From: the human T2T-CHM13v2.0 reference genome, Homo sapiens
Reading direction: 5' to 3' (one strand)
Assembly (NCBI RefSeq): GCF_009914755.1
Contig: NC_060947.1
Length of the DNA: 64,000 nucleotides
Shown in pieces: positions 1 to 23,140 of the stretch. A model generated the notes under the pieces. The model did not search any database. It had not been told where the DNA came from and saw nothing but the letters and a program-made list of their open reading frames with translations. The translations under genes and the position numbers were made by a program. Positions within the stretch are counted from its first letter, which is position 1, and every line of letters begins with the position of its first letter.

Positions 1-358
1 AGAGCACGCGAGGAGCTCCATTCCTGGTCGTCATCTGAGGATGACACAATGAGTAGGACTAGGACTTTAAAACTAGTGTGTGGAGGTTATATCCTCCATG
101 TACTGCGTCTTAAGTTGGGCCATGTGTGTATTGGTCCCCAAAGCATTTTTTCAGCTAAATTGCATAATGACTGTTATTTTAAAAACTGGAAAAGGAAAAT
201 CTTAATGTTACATTATACCTGTGGCATTGTCTTGAAATAAGTTTCACCATTTAAATCCACTCTTCACAGGAAAATCTGAAATGCCCCAGGCTCACCAGCA
301 AGCGAGGCCTGCCCACTTTCTCTTCCTGTTGGCAGCTCAGCTCCTCCTGAGCTAGTGA

Positions 359-483
359 TTTTTTTTTTTAAAGAGATGGGATCTTGCTATGTTGTCCAGG
401 CTGTATTCGAACTCAGACGCAAGCCATCCTTCTACCTGCGACTCCTGAGTAGCTGGGCCTACAGGCACGATGCCATGCCTGGC
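359..483 (-). mobile_element. Alu monomer (FLAM-like)
   Basis: Poly-T followed by reverse-complement Alu arm motifs (gagatggg...ttgctatgttgtccaggctg...gtagctggg). Confidence 0.75.
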
Positions 484-933
484 ACCATTGATGTCTGAGC
501 ATTTGCCTTAGATGAGCAGAGGAGCTGGACTCACAGTTTAAAGTCTCCTTAGACCTTGAATGCAATGAAGCCCATCCTGACTAGCCTACATATTAGATGG
601 CTGTATTAACCAGGACTTTTGTCCCCACTATCTGTGCCACAAACTGGGCAAATAGTAGTTCCTAAATAACTTACTTTAAGTTGTACCTGTCATGGTTTTA
701 AAATGCTACCCACAAATACTAACAAACTGAATATCAAATTCTTACCCAGTAGTTCTATCCAGTGGCCAGGGTGCCCTGACGGTCATTCCTAGCTGCCCCA
801 ATTGCAAGGTCCGCCATTAGCACATTTCTCCCTGTGGATTGCTAAGTGCCTGCCCCAGACCGTGCCTGGGCTGATCAAGAGAGGCCTGATTCTTGCATCA
901 TCTCTCGGGTGTGGTTGCCTGCTACATTCCTAA

Positions 934-1197
<264 letters not shown>

Positions 1198-1749
1198 TAG
1201 GACTTCTCACTAGGAAAGGGAAACACATCAGCTTTTAGAAATTGGGCTCTTTTTTCCTGATTATTGCCGGTCTTGGCAGTGGAGTTTTAGACCAAAGGAG
1301 ATTCTAGGCCCTTTTATCTTTATACTTCTTTCTCTGGTAGAAAAGAAAGCACGGGCCTTTTCGTTTTCCAGGGTGAGCTTGTAGTGTACCTGGAAAAAGG
1401 TCAAAGAAGGTGCTTCCCTTTGCACTGAGCACGACAGGAAAGATGGTTTTTCGGGCTTCTTCAGGCCCTAGCTTCCTTCCATTTGGCTTTCGTGCCAGCC
1501 TTCTCAGCCACATGGGTGTCTGGAGGATTTGTAGAGCTGCTGCCCAGTATGGAAGCCCCCACCCAGCCACACGTGGCCGTGGAGCTCTTGGAATATGGCC
1601 AGTCTGACTTGAGATGTGCTGAGAGTATAAAAAGGCCACTAGGTTTTGGAGACTTAATATGAAACAATGAATATATATCTCATTTACATATATGTTTTTA
1701 TGTTGATTACACATCAAAACAATGATGTTTGGCTATATTGGTTTAAACA

Positions 1750-1950
1750 GGTGGTTCTCAACCAGGAGTGATTTTGCTCCCTGGGAGACATGTGGCAATG
1801 TCTAGAGACATTTTTTGTTGTCACGGCTGAGGGGTGGGTTGTCGTTAGTGGGTAGAGGCCAGGGATGCTGTTGAATTTTCCCATAATGCGTAGGACAGCC
1901 CCCGTGACAAAGAATTATCCTGGCTCAAGTGCCAAGGTTGATAGTCCCCG
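1750..1950 (+). mobile_element. MER20-like hAT DNA transposon fossil
   Basis: gtggttctcaacc...ggcaatgtctagagacattttt...gtgggtagaggccagggatgctg motifs. Confidence 0.75.
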
Positions 1951-2135
1951 ATTTAATGGAATACAAAGTGTTTTGCTCATGCTTGAGTGATCCTATCTTA
2001 GGTTAATAAATGTGAGTGAAATTTGTTGCATTTTTCTTTTACGGAGCACACTTTGTGCTTTTACCATTCATACTAGGGGAGAGTATTCCAAGAATATTTG
2101 CATACCCTTAATTTTTATCTTCTGCTGTTCTACAG

Positions 2136-2295
2136 GCTGCTGTCAGCTGGAGCCACCAAAGTGTATGCTATCCTTACCCATGGGATCTTCTCTGGACCAG
2201 CTATTTCCAGAATAAATAATGCCGCCTTTGAGGCTGTTGTCGTCACAAACACAATTCCGCAAGAGGACAAAATGAAACACTGCACCAAGATTCAG
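2136..2295 (+). CDS. PRPS2: PRPS2 penultimate coding exon
   Basis: Acceptor ttctacag|G, donor CAG|gtact, 160 bp. Encodes [53 protein letters not shown]. Phase matches the preceding exon (AA|G = Lys). Confidence 0.97.
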
Positions 2296-2519
2296 GTACT
2301 GTCTATGCACCAAAGGCAGCCAAGCAGCCAGGCACCTACTTTAGATCCTTAAAAATAGCATCATGTCTTGTGTGTGTGTGGCTCCTTGCTAAGGCACATG
2401 CTTGGCAGAGGCGGCAGCTTCTCATGACGGCAGGATATAAATCATATTAGATCCCTGAAAAAGGCCAGGACCAGCAGAGGTCAACGTTCGCTATTTAGAA
2501 ATAGAGAGTGAAGAAAATC

Positions 2520-3126
2520 ACAATGGAAAAACAGTCAGAAACGGGTTGTGCTAAAGCTAAACTTAGAATTATCATATGATCCAATAATTCCACCCCTAGG
2601 TATATGCCCCCCAAATTTGGAAACATATTCAAACAGAAACTTGTACAGACATGTTCATAGCAGCACTATTCACAATAACCAAAAGGTAGAACCACCCAGT
2701 GGCCATCAACGGACAAACAGATGGCCAAAGTGTGCTCTGTCGCTACGATGGAATACTATTCAGCCTTTAAAGGGAAAGAAATCCTGACACATGCTACAGC
2801 ATGGATGAACCTTGAAAACATCGTGCTAAGTGAAAAAAGCCAGATGCAAAAGGAGGAATATTGTGTTTCCGCTTCTAGGAGGTACCTGAGATTGGAAAAT
2901 TCATAGAGACAAAGTAGAATGGTGCCTATCAGGGTCTGGGGGTGGGGGGGGCAGTGGGGCGTTATCTATCATTTAATGACTATATAGTTTTTGTTTGGGA
3001 TGATGAAAACAGTTTGGAAATAAACAATGGTGATAGTTTCACACATTAGGAATGTAATTAATGCCAATAAATTGTATACTTAAAAATGGTTAAAATGGCA
3101 AATTTGATGTTATATATGTAAATTTT
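2520..3126 (+). mobile_element. Old L1 (L1MB-like) ORF2 C-terminus and 3' UTR fragment
   Basis: Translates to ELSYDPIIPPLGI...MEYYSAFK..EILTHATAWMNLENIVLSEKSQ, followed by an L1MB-type 3' UTR. Confidence 0.85.
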
Positions 3127-3127
3127 C

Positions 3128-3164
3128 AACTGATAAGAACAGACACTATACTTGATCTTAGCCA
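3128..3164 (-). pseudogene. U2 snRNA fragment (about nt 18-54)
   Basis: Reverse complement TGGCTAAGATCAAGTATAGTGTCTGTTCTTATCAGTT versus recalled U2 TGGCTAAGATCAAGTGTAGTATCTGTTCTTATCAGTT: 2 mismatches. Confidence 0.85.
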
Positions 3165-3200
3165 GATAGATAAATAGATAGATACATAGATAGATACATA
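3165..3200. repeat. (GATA)n imperfect microsatellite
   Basis: gatagataaatagatagatacatagatagatacata. Confidence 0.8.
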
Positions 3201-3588
3201 CACACTCACACAGTGAAAAAATGGGGGTGGGAGCAGCAGGCTGAGCTGAGGATCTTCAGAGCTTTGCTCCTTCCCGTCCCTGCTGATTGGATGCCGACGG
3301 GCCAGCAGAGAGCTGGTAATCATATAGATAGCAATTGGCCTGAAATAAGTCAAAAGGGTTTGAGGCCCATTTTGCCTCTATGTCGCTGTGAACCTTGGCA
3401 AGTCATTTCATTGCTCCAAAGCCTCGGCTCCCATCAGCGTAGCATGAAGGTGCATCACAGTGATCTGCTTCATGATTTCTGATTCCTCAGAGAGAAAAGC
3501 AATTTGCTTGACACAAAGCAGTAAGTCTGGAAATGGTCAGGATAGCGATGTCATATATTTTCATGCCTGATTAGCAGTAGTTTAGGAT

Positions 3589-3801
3589 GGGAGTTGGCAC
3601 ACTATGGCTCGCAAGTGAAATCCAGCCTGTCATCTGTTTCTGCAAATTTTTATCAGAGCACAGCCACGTCCATTCATATATGTATTGCCCGTGGCTGCTT
3701 TCACGCTACAATGGGCAAGTTGAGTATTTGTGACAGAGACCCTCTGGCTTCCAAAGTCAAATATGTTAACTATTTGGTCCTCTATAGTTTGCTGACCCCT
3801 G
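3589..3801 (+). mobile_element. MER58A-like DNA transposon fossil
   Basis: gttggcacactatggc...cacagccacg...gctgctttcacgctacaatgg...tttgctgacccctg. Confidence 0.75.
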
Positions 3802-4195
3802 AGTTAGATGATCACAGTTGTGCTCTTAAATGACGCAGTCACCGCCTTTTCAGAAACAGAAAGAAAAACCTTCCGTATAATGATTAAACTTAATTTAAAA
3901 CAACAAATGCCCCTGGAAAAGGATGTCTCTGGTTAACAGTATCCCTGAAAAGCCTTCTGTCTCTGCATTGAAAATCTCCCTTCCAGGATCCCATATGGGT
4001 CTGGTTCAACGGGTTGTAATTTGAAGACATACCCCAAAGCTGTCTGTCCTCTCAAAAGTGTCGGAAGTTTTGATAGCAACACATCATGTATGCTGCAGAA
4101 ATTGTTTCTCAGCTTTCCAGCTTTTCAATGTTTAAAGAACTCTAACTAAGATGTCCTGCTTCCCTTCTCCCTTTGTTTTTCTCATTGGCATTTAG

Positions 4196-4288
<93 letters not shown>

Positions 4289-5718
4289 ATCCAGAATGGG
4301 AAGTGTCCAGCAAGCCTACTCTGACTTCTGACTTGTTTTTGTTTTCTGGATTTTTAGCTGTAGGTATTCAGCAATGATAGGTTAATCACTGGCAAAAGCA
4401 TCAGATCTTTGTATATGCTAAGATTTATTGTTTCCCCTTCTAAAGCTCAAGATCATTTCTTTCCAGTTTTTGGGGAAATGGTGGTGGTTATTTGGTCTTT
4501 AAGTGAACTGTCTTAAATGAGAAACGTTTTTGTCATTTTGACTTTTAACAGGTACAGGTGATCTCTTCCTTTGTTCTTTCAGTACTTTGAGGCGACAACT
4601 TTCAAGTATATAATTTCATTGTGGAAGTCATAGTTTATATATTTCGAGGTTGCCAAAGGTGACTTCAGATTAAAGCCTTCTGTGTAAATATATACTGATA
4701 ATGCCTATGGACATTTGGGTAAAACCCTGTATAGAATTAATTATCCTTTTACTTTGGAGTGAACCTTGGAAAATTTATAATTATAATACCATGGATTTTG
4801 AATTTTCCTTTTTTTTTTTTTTTTTTGGATAACTCAGTTTCAGATAAACCATCTTGGTTACTGTGCTTAATTTGGACCAAATTTTATTTAGCTTAATATG
4901 GACACTGACACATTTTGGGGGGTATACATTAGACATATCAGAGCAGTGTATTTCTGGATCATTTTTTAAATGACCTCTTCTAAAACATAACTGTCACTTA
5001 CCTGAAATGCTGCATCCTAAAATTCCAAAATTATATTGAGCAATCGCCAAGGCCTAAAGCCAACTGACTTAAAGGTAATCATTTCAGCTAAGATTAAATT
5101 TAAAGCCTAAGAATGTATAGAGCTAGTTTTAAAATAATGATCTCAGATTTTTAAAAAGGATATAGGAACCTGCATTGTCATTCTCTGAATTAAGAACTGA
5201 TGGTTTCTATCATTATTTAGCCCCACCTTTGTATTTTAAAATCCTTCAGAATACATTTATGAACCAATGCGACTGGACTTAGCCACACACAATGGAAATT
5301 CAGACCTTGACTATTTGGTGTTTCCAGTTCACAAAGGTGATGAAGACTGTCTTGGGAGCAGCTTAATCCCAAAATTTGTACATTTCTTGCTGCTCCTGGC
5401 GTGGAAACTTAAGTGAGACCACCAAATACATTGGTCCTGTCCAATTCTACTGAATGGGGGTGGACCTGGCATTTATCTGGCCAAAAACAGGAGCCAGAGA
5501 AATATGAATATACCAAAGTTGTTTGTTTAGCCTCCAACTTAAATTACATTAGTCAACTTATAGATACTCATATGATCACTTTTCTTTTTAGATACTACAT
5601 CAACTAGATTCAGGAGTATATCATTTGCAGTGCTTGTATTGGTTTAAAATGTAAGATTTTAAGATCCTCTAACACTGTACTAAAACATTTCAATAAAATC
5701 ATTCTGACTGCGTTCATA
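4289..5718 (+). other. PRPS2: PRPS2 3' UTR (end approximate)
   Basis: AT-rich, repeat-free sequence after the stop codon, ending near AATAAA. Confidence 0.75.
5692..5697 (+). terminator. PRPS2: PRPS2 polyadenylation signal
   Basis: AATAAA followed about 20 nt later by a GT-rich element (agtttgtatgtatcattgtgg). Confidence 0.75.
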
Positions 5719-7314
5719 GTTTGTATGTATCATTGTGGAGTAATATGTTTTGACGGAGTGATGTGTTGCAGTACCTGAAAATGTTTGCTACTTTACGATT
5801 ATAGGCCAGCATACAAAATTACAGAAAAGCCAGAAGTTAATTGATGTCAGCTGTTTTCCATTTTGAAGGTGTTTCTTCCTGAAGAACTTACCAGCAATCG
5901 CCTTTCCTCAAAGCGTAACAGCTGTGCCACATAAGGTGTCCACGTTGTTAATTCCACATGTTTCCTATAAAATTAAAGATGGTACAGTGTGTTCACGCAT
6001 CAGAGTAGTGATGTTCAATATCCATCTATTGGAGCAAACCAAACTTAAATGTAGGCTGCATAAAACTTGTTCATATTCATTGATTTCAGAAGCACCGAGG
6101 AGGATTCCTGTCCCCATAGAACAGCCTGTTCAGTGATACTTCAAACTACTCTCGTGAGCGCAAAGTCAAGTCATAATTACGTTCCCCTGGTGAAGCTCAG
6201 CTGTAAAGTATGTGTAACACTAAGAATGGCAACATGGTGTCTTGAAGTCACAGTGAAATATGAAGAATTACATCCAGGTCCATCTGAGAAAAAAGGTGAT
6301 CACAGTGTGAGAGAACATGATAGAATGTACTAGAAAGGAGGGAAGTGAAGGAGAAGTGAAAGCCAAAGACACTTCATCAGCTTTACAATTGCACTTAATA
6401 ATGCTGCCACACCTCTTCAGAGACGTTTCATTTCCTATGGCATGTCCTATCTAATCCCCTAGCTGAACTACAGGGGACAGGGAAGTAGTGAAGGGAAAGA
6501 TGGAGTACTAAGGCGTGCAGAGGTTGGAATCACGCTGGGGATACCAGGAAGGGCTCGGTGATCACCATTAGACGGTTCACGTCGGAATTTTCCAGAACCC
6601 TATGGTGTGTTCCAGTGTGGACTGACGCAGGACAGCAGAGGGCGTTTGGTACATGATGTGTTTGAGCAAGGATGTGCCAGGGAAGATGGGAGTTAGGGGC
6701 TGAAACATACTCAGCTATCCTGTATCTAAATTGCGTGAAATCAACAGGGCTCCTCCTTCTCATTACCAATATTTATCTTCCTGATTTATCATCTCCCTGT
6801 GCCCCAGGAACACATCCCTCCACCTTTTTTCTGCCCCTGCTTTCCAAGATCACATCCTGGGTGGTTTCCTTTATTGCAGTCTTTGAGCTCTGTTTCCTAT
6901 TCTGAAAGCATAATGCCCAGGAACACAGACTTCACCACTTACCGGAGTTTAAAAACCAACAGCAACAACGACCTTGGGCTGGTTGCTTAACCCCTATGCC
7001 TCAGTTTCCTTACATGTGAGATGGGGATAATAAATGAGACGTTATGTGTAAAGTGTTTAGAATTGCTTGGTTTGTACATTAACTTCAGTTTTTAGAGTGA
7101 GCCTCCTGAAACTCCCCTAGAAAGAATGTAAGGTATGAAGAGGCAAGATTTTCATGCATTTTCTAGGTGTTCATCCTAGAGGGGAACAGACTGCCCTCCT
7201 GCCATTTTAGAAGGGCTACATTGTCTTGGCATGTGACTGCCTCAGTGAAGGGTAGCATTTAGGTGACAAATAGTTGCATGTTAAAAAAAAAAAAAAAAAA
7301 AAAACTTGATTATG

Positions 7315-8905
<1,591 letters not shown>

Positions 8906-9426
8906 TACTTCCAGTGGGCTGTAGAAACAACAGGTAGGAATGAATGTCATGTGATTATAGAGATGGTAATCAATTGAGGTCATTTACAACAACCTGATTT
9001 CATTGTAGCCCTCATTCACCATCCATCCCATCATAAATACAACCAAAAGTGGTGCCCAATATAAATGGGAAGAACAGTCTTCACTATCCTAACAGCCGAG
9101 TTCTGTGGCCAAAAGAAAACCTGGCTGAATGAATTTTACATTTTAAGAGAGTGATAAAAAAAGAGAATAGGAAAGTGAAAAACATAATGCAGTGGAAAAT
9201 GCCCTAAATTGGAAGTGTGGCGATCTAGATTCTGGTTCCTGATATGCTGCTAGCAAGCTGGGTGACCTTGGGAAAAATGTGTACACCACTCTGGGTATGA
9301 GCATCTTTCTGCAAAAATTAGAGGAAAGATGATTGCAGAAGTCCCCAGCAGTTTTAATAGGCAATGCCATTTATGCTAGATGTAGTTGGAATAGTTCTAA
9401 CTGAAGGCACAGATGGTTGCTCTCAA

Positions 9427-9538
9427 TAGGGTGACCAACTTGTCTTGGTTTGCGTGGGACTTTTCTCGATTTAGCCCTGAAAGACCTACATCTTAGGAAA
9501 CCCCTCAGTCCTGGGCAAACCAGGACGTTTGGTCTCCC
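9427..9538. mobile_element. Small hAT MITE (MER81/MER94-like)
   Basis: Imperfect terminal inverted repeats tagggtgaccaac...gtttggtctccc. Confidence 0.6.
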
Positions 9539-10207
9539 GTTCCCTCTTCTAAGGTGGATAGTTCTGCATCCCCGGCACTACCTTGGTAAGGAATCCCACG
9601 AGCATGGCTTTGATCTTGTGCTGGTTGCAAAAACAAGCAGGCTATATGATGAGCCCAACAATGTGCAGGGCACCTGTGGTATCACAGGTCTTTTAAAATC
9701 TGTTCAACTAACTATAGAAGCTCAAGAGCTGTAGTCACAAAATCAGAGAGAAAAAGCAGGGGCACCTTTAGAAAACACCTTCAAGCCTGGCTTGATTGCC
9801 AGTCCTTTGGCACAGCTACCTTTAACACCATAAGTGGTCTTCAGAGACCCCAGGGAACAGTCCAGGCAGAAGGCAGAGTGCTCTGAAGGTTACCTGATGT
9901 ACGTTGTCCTTCCGCACATTGAGAGATTCTTAACATTTGTGAGGGCATGGCCATCTGTGTCTGAGGACGTATGATGCTCTGATTTTCCCTACACAAGGAG
10001 TGCTAAATCTAGTATTTTCTTGCATGGAAGCTAAGACTGACCATGAATTATGGACATATTTTAAGAACTAAAACTGAACACGTCACTCTTTAAAATCATC
10101 CTAATGATTATTTCTGGGCATATTTTGATGTACATTTACCATAGGATAAGCTCAGTATGTGCCATTGACATTTACTCACCCAAGGAACCAAGGAGCGACC
10201 CTAAATT

Positions 10208-10412
10208 TCTTTTCTTTTTCTCCCTTTCCTTCCTTCCTTCCTTCCTTCCTTCCTCTCTCTCTCTCTTTCTTTGTCTCTCTCTTTCCTGTTTTTTTTGAGA
10301 CAGAAGGTCTCACTCTATTGCTCAGGCTGGTCTTGAACTCATAGTATCAAGCAATCCTCCTGCCTCAGCCTCCAAGTAGCTGGAACTACAGGTGTGCACC
10401 ACCATGCCTGGT
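10208..10412 (-). mobile_element. Alu monomer with expanded (CTTC/CT)n tail
   Basis: Pyrimidine microsatellite then a reverse Alu arm; TSD gc(g/a)accctaaatt. Confidence 0.8.
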
Positions 10413-10593
10413 GCAACCCTAAATTCCTTTAAGTCTCAGAAAACCTTGTATTTAGGACCAAGGCTATGGAACAGAAGAATCAAAAGAAAGATAGGCAGAG
10501 ATCCCTCTCCACAGCAATGGTGATCTGACCTCGCATTAATTTCTGCACCTGGATGCATTCATAGCATTCAAAGAGCAATTCTTTCTTGAACAC

Positions 10594-11058
10594 CGACCAA
10601 GACTCATTCCTTGTCCTAACAACAGTCAGGCTCCTCTGAATCCTCTCCTTGACCAGACCTGTCTTGGGCTTCCCTCTCTGTCATTGTGGAATTTAGTTTG
10701 AGCAAGAATCCTGTGAAGTCAGTTTATCAAAAAAACTCCTGCCCTTGGTATCTGACCACCCTCGATATCTTATCACCCAGGCTTGCCTTTAGCAAGAATT
10801 CTATTTGAGTTGATCTAGCAAGAATCCCTCCTACCCCTGATGTTTCCTTAGTGGTTTTCCATCCACGGCCCCCAACCCTGCTCGTTGCTTACAAATCCCC
10901 ACTTGTCCTTGTTGGAGTCAGAGCTGAGATTAATCTCTCTCCCCCACTATAAGACCCCATTGCAGTCTGTGGTCCCTAAACCTATCACAAAGACCCCCTT
11001 GAATGAAGTCTTCCTTAGTGTCTTCAATGAATGTGATGAATAACTTTTTTTTTTAACA
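10594..11058 (+). mobile_element. ERV1 solo LTR, MER31-like
   Basis: agtcaggctcctctga...repeated agcaagaatcc blocks...ends tttaaca. Homologous to the LTR at 49504-49955. Confidence 0.7.
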
Positions 11059-11478
11059 ATACAAAATTCACAGAAAAAGTCCTATGAATTAAAAAGCACT
11101 CTGGGGAAAACCAGTTGGCGCGAGAGTTATTTTGGAAGAATCAATAATCCTCCACTGATGTGCATTGGTACAGCCATAAACACACTTTCAACCCTTGCGT
11201 TTTGGAGAGGTTTTATTACATGTACATAAATTAGGAACTTTAATACATCGGAGAAATACCACTTGCTTCTCTGTATTTTGACTCATGTGAACATCTTGGC
11301 TTAGACATATGTCAAACGGAAAATTCATATTTTTAGTCCTTCCACAGGCAAAATGAAGGAGTTGGTCTTGTTTCATTCATTCATTCATTCATTCATTCAT
11401 ACACTCAGCAATCCCTTATGAAGCACCTATTAGTATACCATAGTGTTAGGATGCGGCTGTCATATAAGTATGAGATAA

Positions 11479-11847
<369 letters not shown>

Positions 11848-12565
11848 TGACACAGGTAGTTTTATGCACAATCATTTGATGTCAGCAACACAGAAGTATG
11901 ATGGCACCATGCTGTAGGCAGGATAATTTATTTGGGGTGTGTGAAACAGTGGGGTGACCAGGAAAAGGCTAGGAATGTGGCCTGCTGGGTTCAATTCTCA
12001 GCAGTGATTCCAACACTTTATCCCCCTCCCCAGATTTTCTGGTATATCAGGCTTTGTTCTTTTAGTATTTGTGTTGGTGTGTTCCTATTCTTTTGGTATT
12101 TAAAAAAATTGGAAATCGGAATCATTTATATTGTGAGCCTACAAAGACAGCTATATTCAGCATTAAAATGCAAAAAGAACAAAGGTGCACTTGTTTAAAA
12201 AGTATGTGACCCCATCTCTTCCAGATCCTCCTACGAGATACTCCATTGTTTGCAAAGCCAATTCTGGTATACTTCTGCTGTTGAGCTTTTTTTTCCCCAC
12301 ATTTATTAGTTTCTTATGTTTCTCTTGTATTTTCCTGAGAGCCAATTTTATCCGCAATAAACTTCCCAAAGTCCTCGATGGAGGCATTTCAGAATCGGGG
12401 CAGGGGAGGCAGAAGGTGAGACAGATGTGAAGAACTGGAGGAGGGTGTTGGGGGTGGAGAAACGGGAGGGAGGTTGGACAAACTAGCCCAAGCACCAGCA
12501 TTTCCCCGGGGCCAGACACTCCCCAGGGACAGATTCCCTGCTTTCACCTCCCAGCATGTTTCAAG

Positions 12566-12750
12566 GTTGTTCAGCCTCAACACTCTTGCCATTTGGGGCT
12601 GGCTCATTCTTTCCTGGGGGAGCAGCATCCCTAGCCTCCACCCACTAAATGCCGATAGCAACCCCCATCCCACATTTGTGACAACCAAAAGATGTCTCCA
12701 GACCTTGCCAATGTTCCTTGGGGGCAAAATCACCCCTGCTTGACAACCTG
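12566..12750 (-). mobile_element. MER20-like fossil
   Basis: cagcatccctagcctccacccacta...gtgacaaccaaaagatgtctccagac...gggggcaaaatcacccct. Confidence 0.7.
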
Positions 12751-12969
12751 ATTTATTTTAACCAAGACTTTCTTCCTCAATCTTCTTTCCTGAAGACTCA
12801 GGTCAGAGTTACAGAGGAGATTCATCCTGGCCCCTGGCCCAATCACAACTAAAAAAGCATTTTAGCACAAAGTGGATAAGACAATGGCAATCATACCTCA
12901 CTTTAAAAAATTCAATGCTAGCGTTTTGGTACAAAATGAGGTTTACACCAAAATAATCACATTATCCTT

Positions 12970-13226
12970 GTTTTGTTGTTTTGTTTTGTTGTTTTGTTGT
13001 TGTTGTTGTTGTTGTTTTTTCAGAGACAAATGTCTTGCTCTGTTGCCCAGGCTTGAGTGCAATGGTGTGTGCGGCACCATGCTTGGCTAACCTTTAAATA
13101 TTTTTGTAGAGACAGAGTCTCGCTATGTTGCCTAGGTTGGTCTTGAACTCCTGGCCTCAAGTGATCCTCCTGCCTTAGTCTCCCAAAGCACTTGGGATTA
13201 CAGGTGTGAGGCATGGCACCCAGCCA
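12970..13226 (-). mobile_element. AluJ-like element with internal deletion and (TTG)n tail
   Basis: Reverse Alu with a shortened right arm; TSD acattatcctt. Confidence 0.8.
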
Positions 13227-13397
13227 CATTATCCTTTTGATGCAGGGCTACAAGCACTGGTTCCTATATCTGCCATGACCTGGACACAAGATTTTGAATC
13301 CTTCACTAAATTATTCCCTCAATTTTCTCTAAGAACAATTCAGCCTTAGAATAAGTCACAAGGATTTTGGTTTTTTAATCAAGAAATTAATATACTA

Positions 13398-14062
<665 letters not shown>

Positions 14063-14066
14063 TTAG

Positions 14067-14396
<330 letters not shown>

Positions 14397-14518
14397 AAGA
14401 GAGCAGATCTTTTGATGAGCCATGCAGGTCTTGGGTTACCTGGCCCTTCAGTTATTTTTCATACTGCTGTGAGAAGCCAGAATGAAGAGGAATCAATATA
14501 TCCAAGGTAATTTAACTC

Positions 14519-21308
<6,790 letters not shown>

Positions 21309-21519
21309 GGTAATTTAACTCTTATGGGCCAAAATGGCAAAAGTCATCTGTGGTCAAATCACAGAGCCCATTACGTCTGTCAAAGGTCATGGAATTGATA
21401 AGATTTTGGAGTTAGATGGAACATTCATGACTGAATGATTCCCATCTTATTTTACAGATGAGGAAACTAAGGCTCAAAGAGACTAAGTAACTGGCTTAGT
21501 AAGGTTACACAGTTCCCTA

Positions 21520-21918
<399 letters not shown>

Positions 21919-22835
21919 TTAACCCAGGCAACTTCAATGATTCTAATCACTAGTGCATAACAGTGAAGGAGCTTATTAAACCTCAGGGCAGTGAGGAAAA
22001 GCAAAAAATACGGTACGGTAACTTCCATCAGAACCTGAAATACTTGCATCCACTGATTTGGTTGTCCTTTGCCTTCCTCCAAAAACAAGGTCTTCATTTC
22101 ACTCACTGTGTTTGCGTGGTCCTTTTTCAGGTCGTTATGCTAACATGAGAACCAAAATAACAACACTGGGTAATGGAGATTTTTTAAATAATGGTGATCT
22201 GTAAGGCAGTGGTTCTCAAAGTGAGGCCCTGGACTAGCAGCATCTGCATCACCAAAAACCTCAGGAGAAAGTTGAAAACCACCCTGATAGTTAAGTCCAT
22301 GCTAGTTGCTAATGTAATGGTCCCTGTCTGTTGCGTAAGGAAGGATCATTTCCTTCTCTGATAAAAATGGCTCTGGCTCTGGTAAGTTATACTCAAATTT
22401 AATTATATTTCATGGTAAATCTTGTCAGCTGAAAAGTTATGCCAACTTGGTGGACAATGGCAGAGAATACAAGTTTCTGACTTACCTCAAGGTTTGAATG
22501 TACCTAGAGCAGAAGTTTCTGATATTTGTACTCACTTAACCAACAACTATAATTGCCGGGCACTGTTGTGGTTGCTTGGGATATTTCAGTTGTTACTAAT
22601 GCTTTGGTTTTATGGAAAGACAAAGACAATGCTGGTCTTCTAGCAGCACAAAGTATAAGGTAATGTTCCTATATTATTCATAGTCCATTGGCAAAAATGC
22701 AGTTATTATCAAAAAACATTAAAATTAAAAGTATTTAAGTCATTTGTAATAAGGGATTCAACAAACACTCAATATCTAAGTAATTTCCAATGATTTCAGT
22801 AATATGAGTATTGGCTTTAAAAAGTAATGTTTTAG

Positions 22836-23140
22836 AGCCAAGTGCAGTGGCTCACGCCTGTAATTCCAGCACTTTGGGAGTCAGAGGCAGGAGGATCGCT
22901 TGAGTCTTAGAGTTCAAGACCTGCCTAGGCAACATGGCGAGACCCTGTCTCTACAAAAAATTTAAAAATTAGCTGGGCATGGTGGTGCATGCCTGTGGTC
23001 CCAGCTACTCAGGAGGCTGAGATGAGAGGATTGCTTGAGCCTGGAATATCAAGGCTGCAGTGAGCCATGATCACACCACTGCAATCCAGCCTGGGTGACA
23101 GAGTGAGACTTTGTCTCAAAAAAAACAAAACAAAAAAACA
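22836..23140 (+). mobile_element. AluJ-like
   Basis: Full-length diverged Alu with J-type ggaggatcgcttgag motif. Confidence 0.85.
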
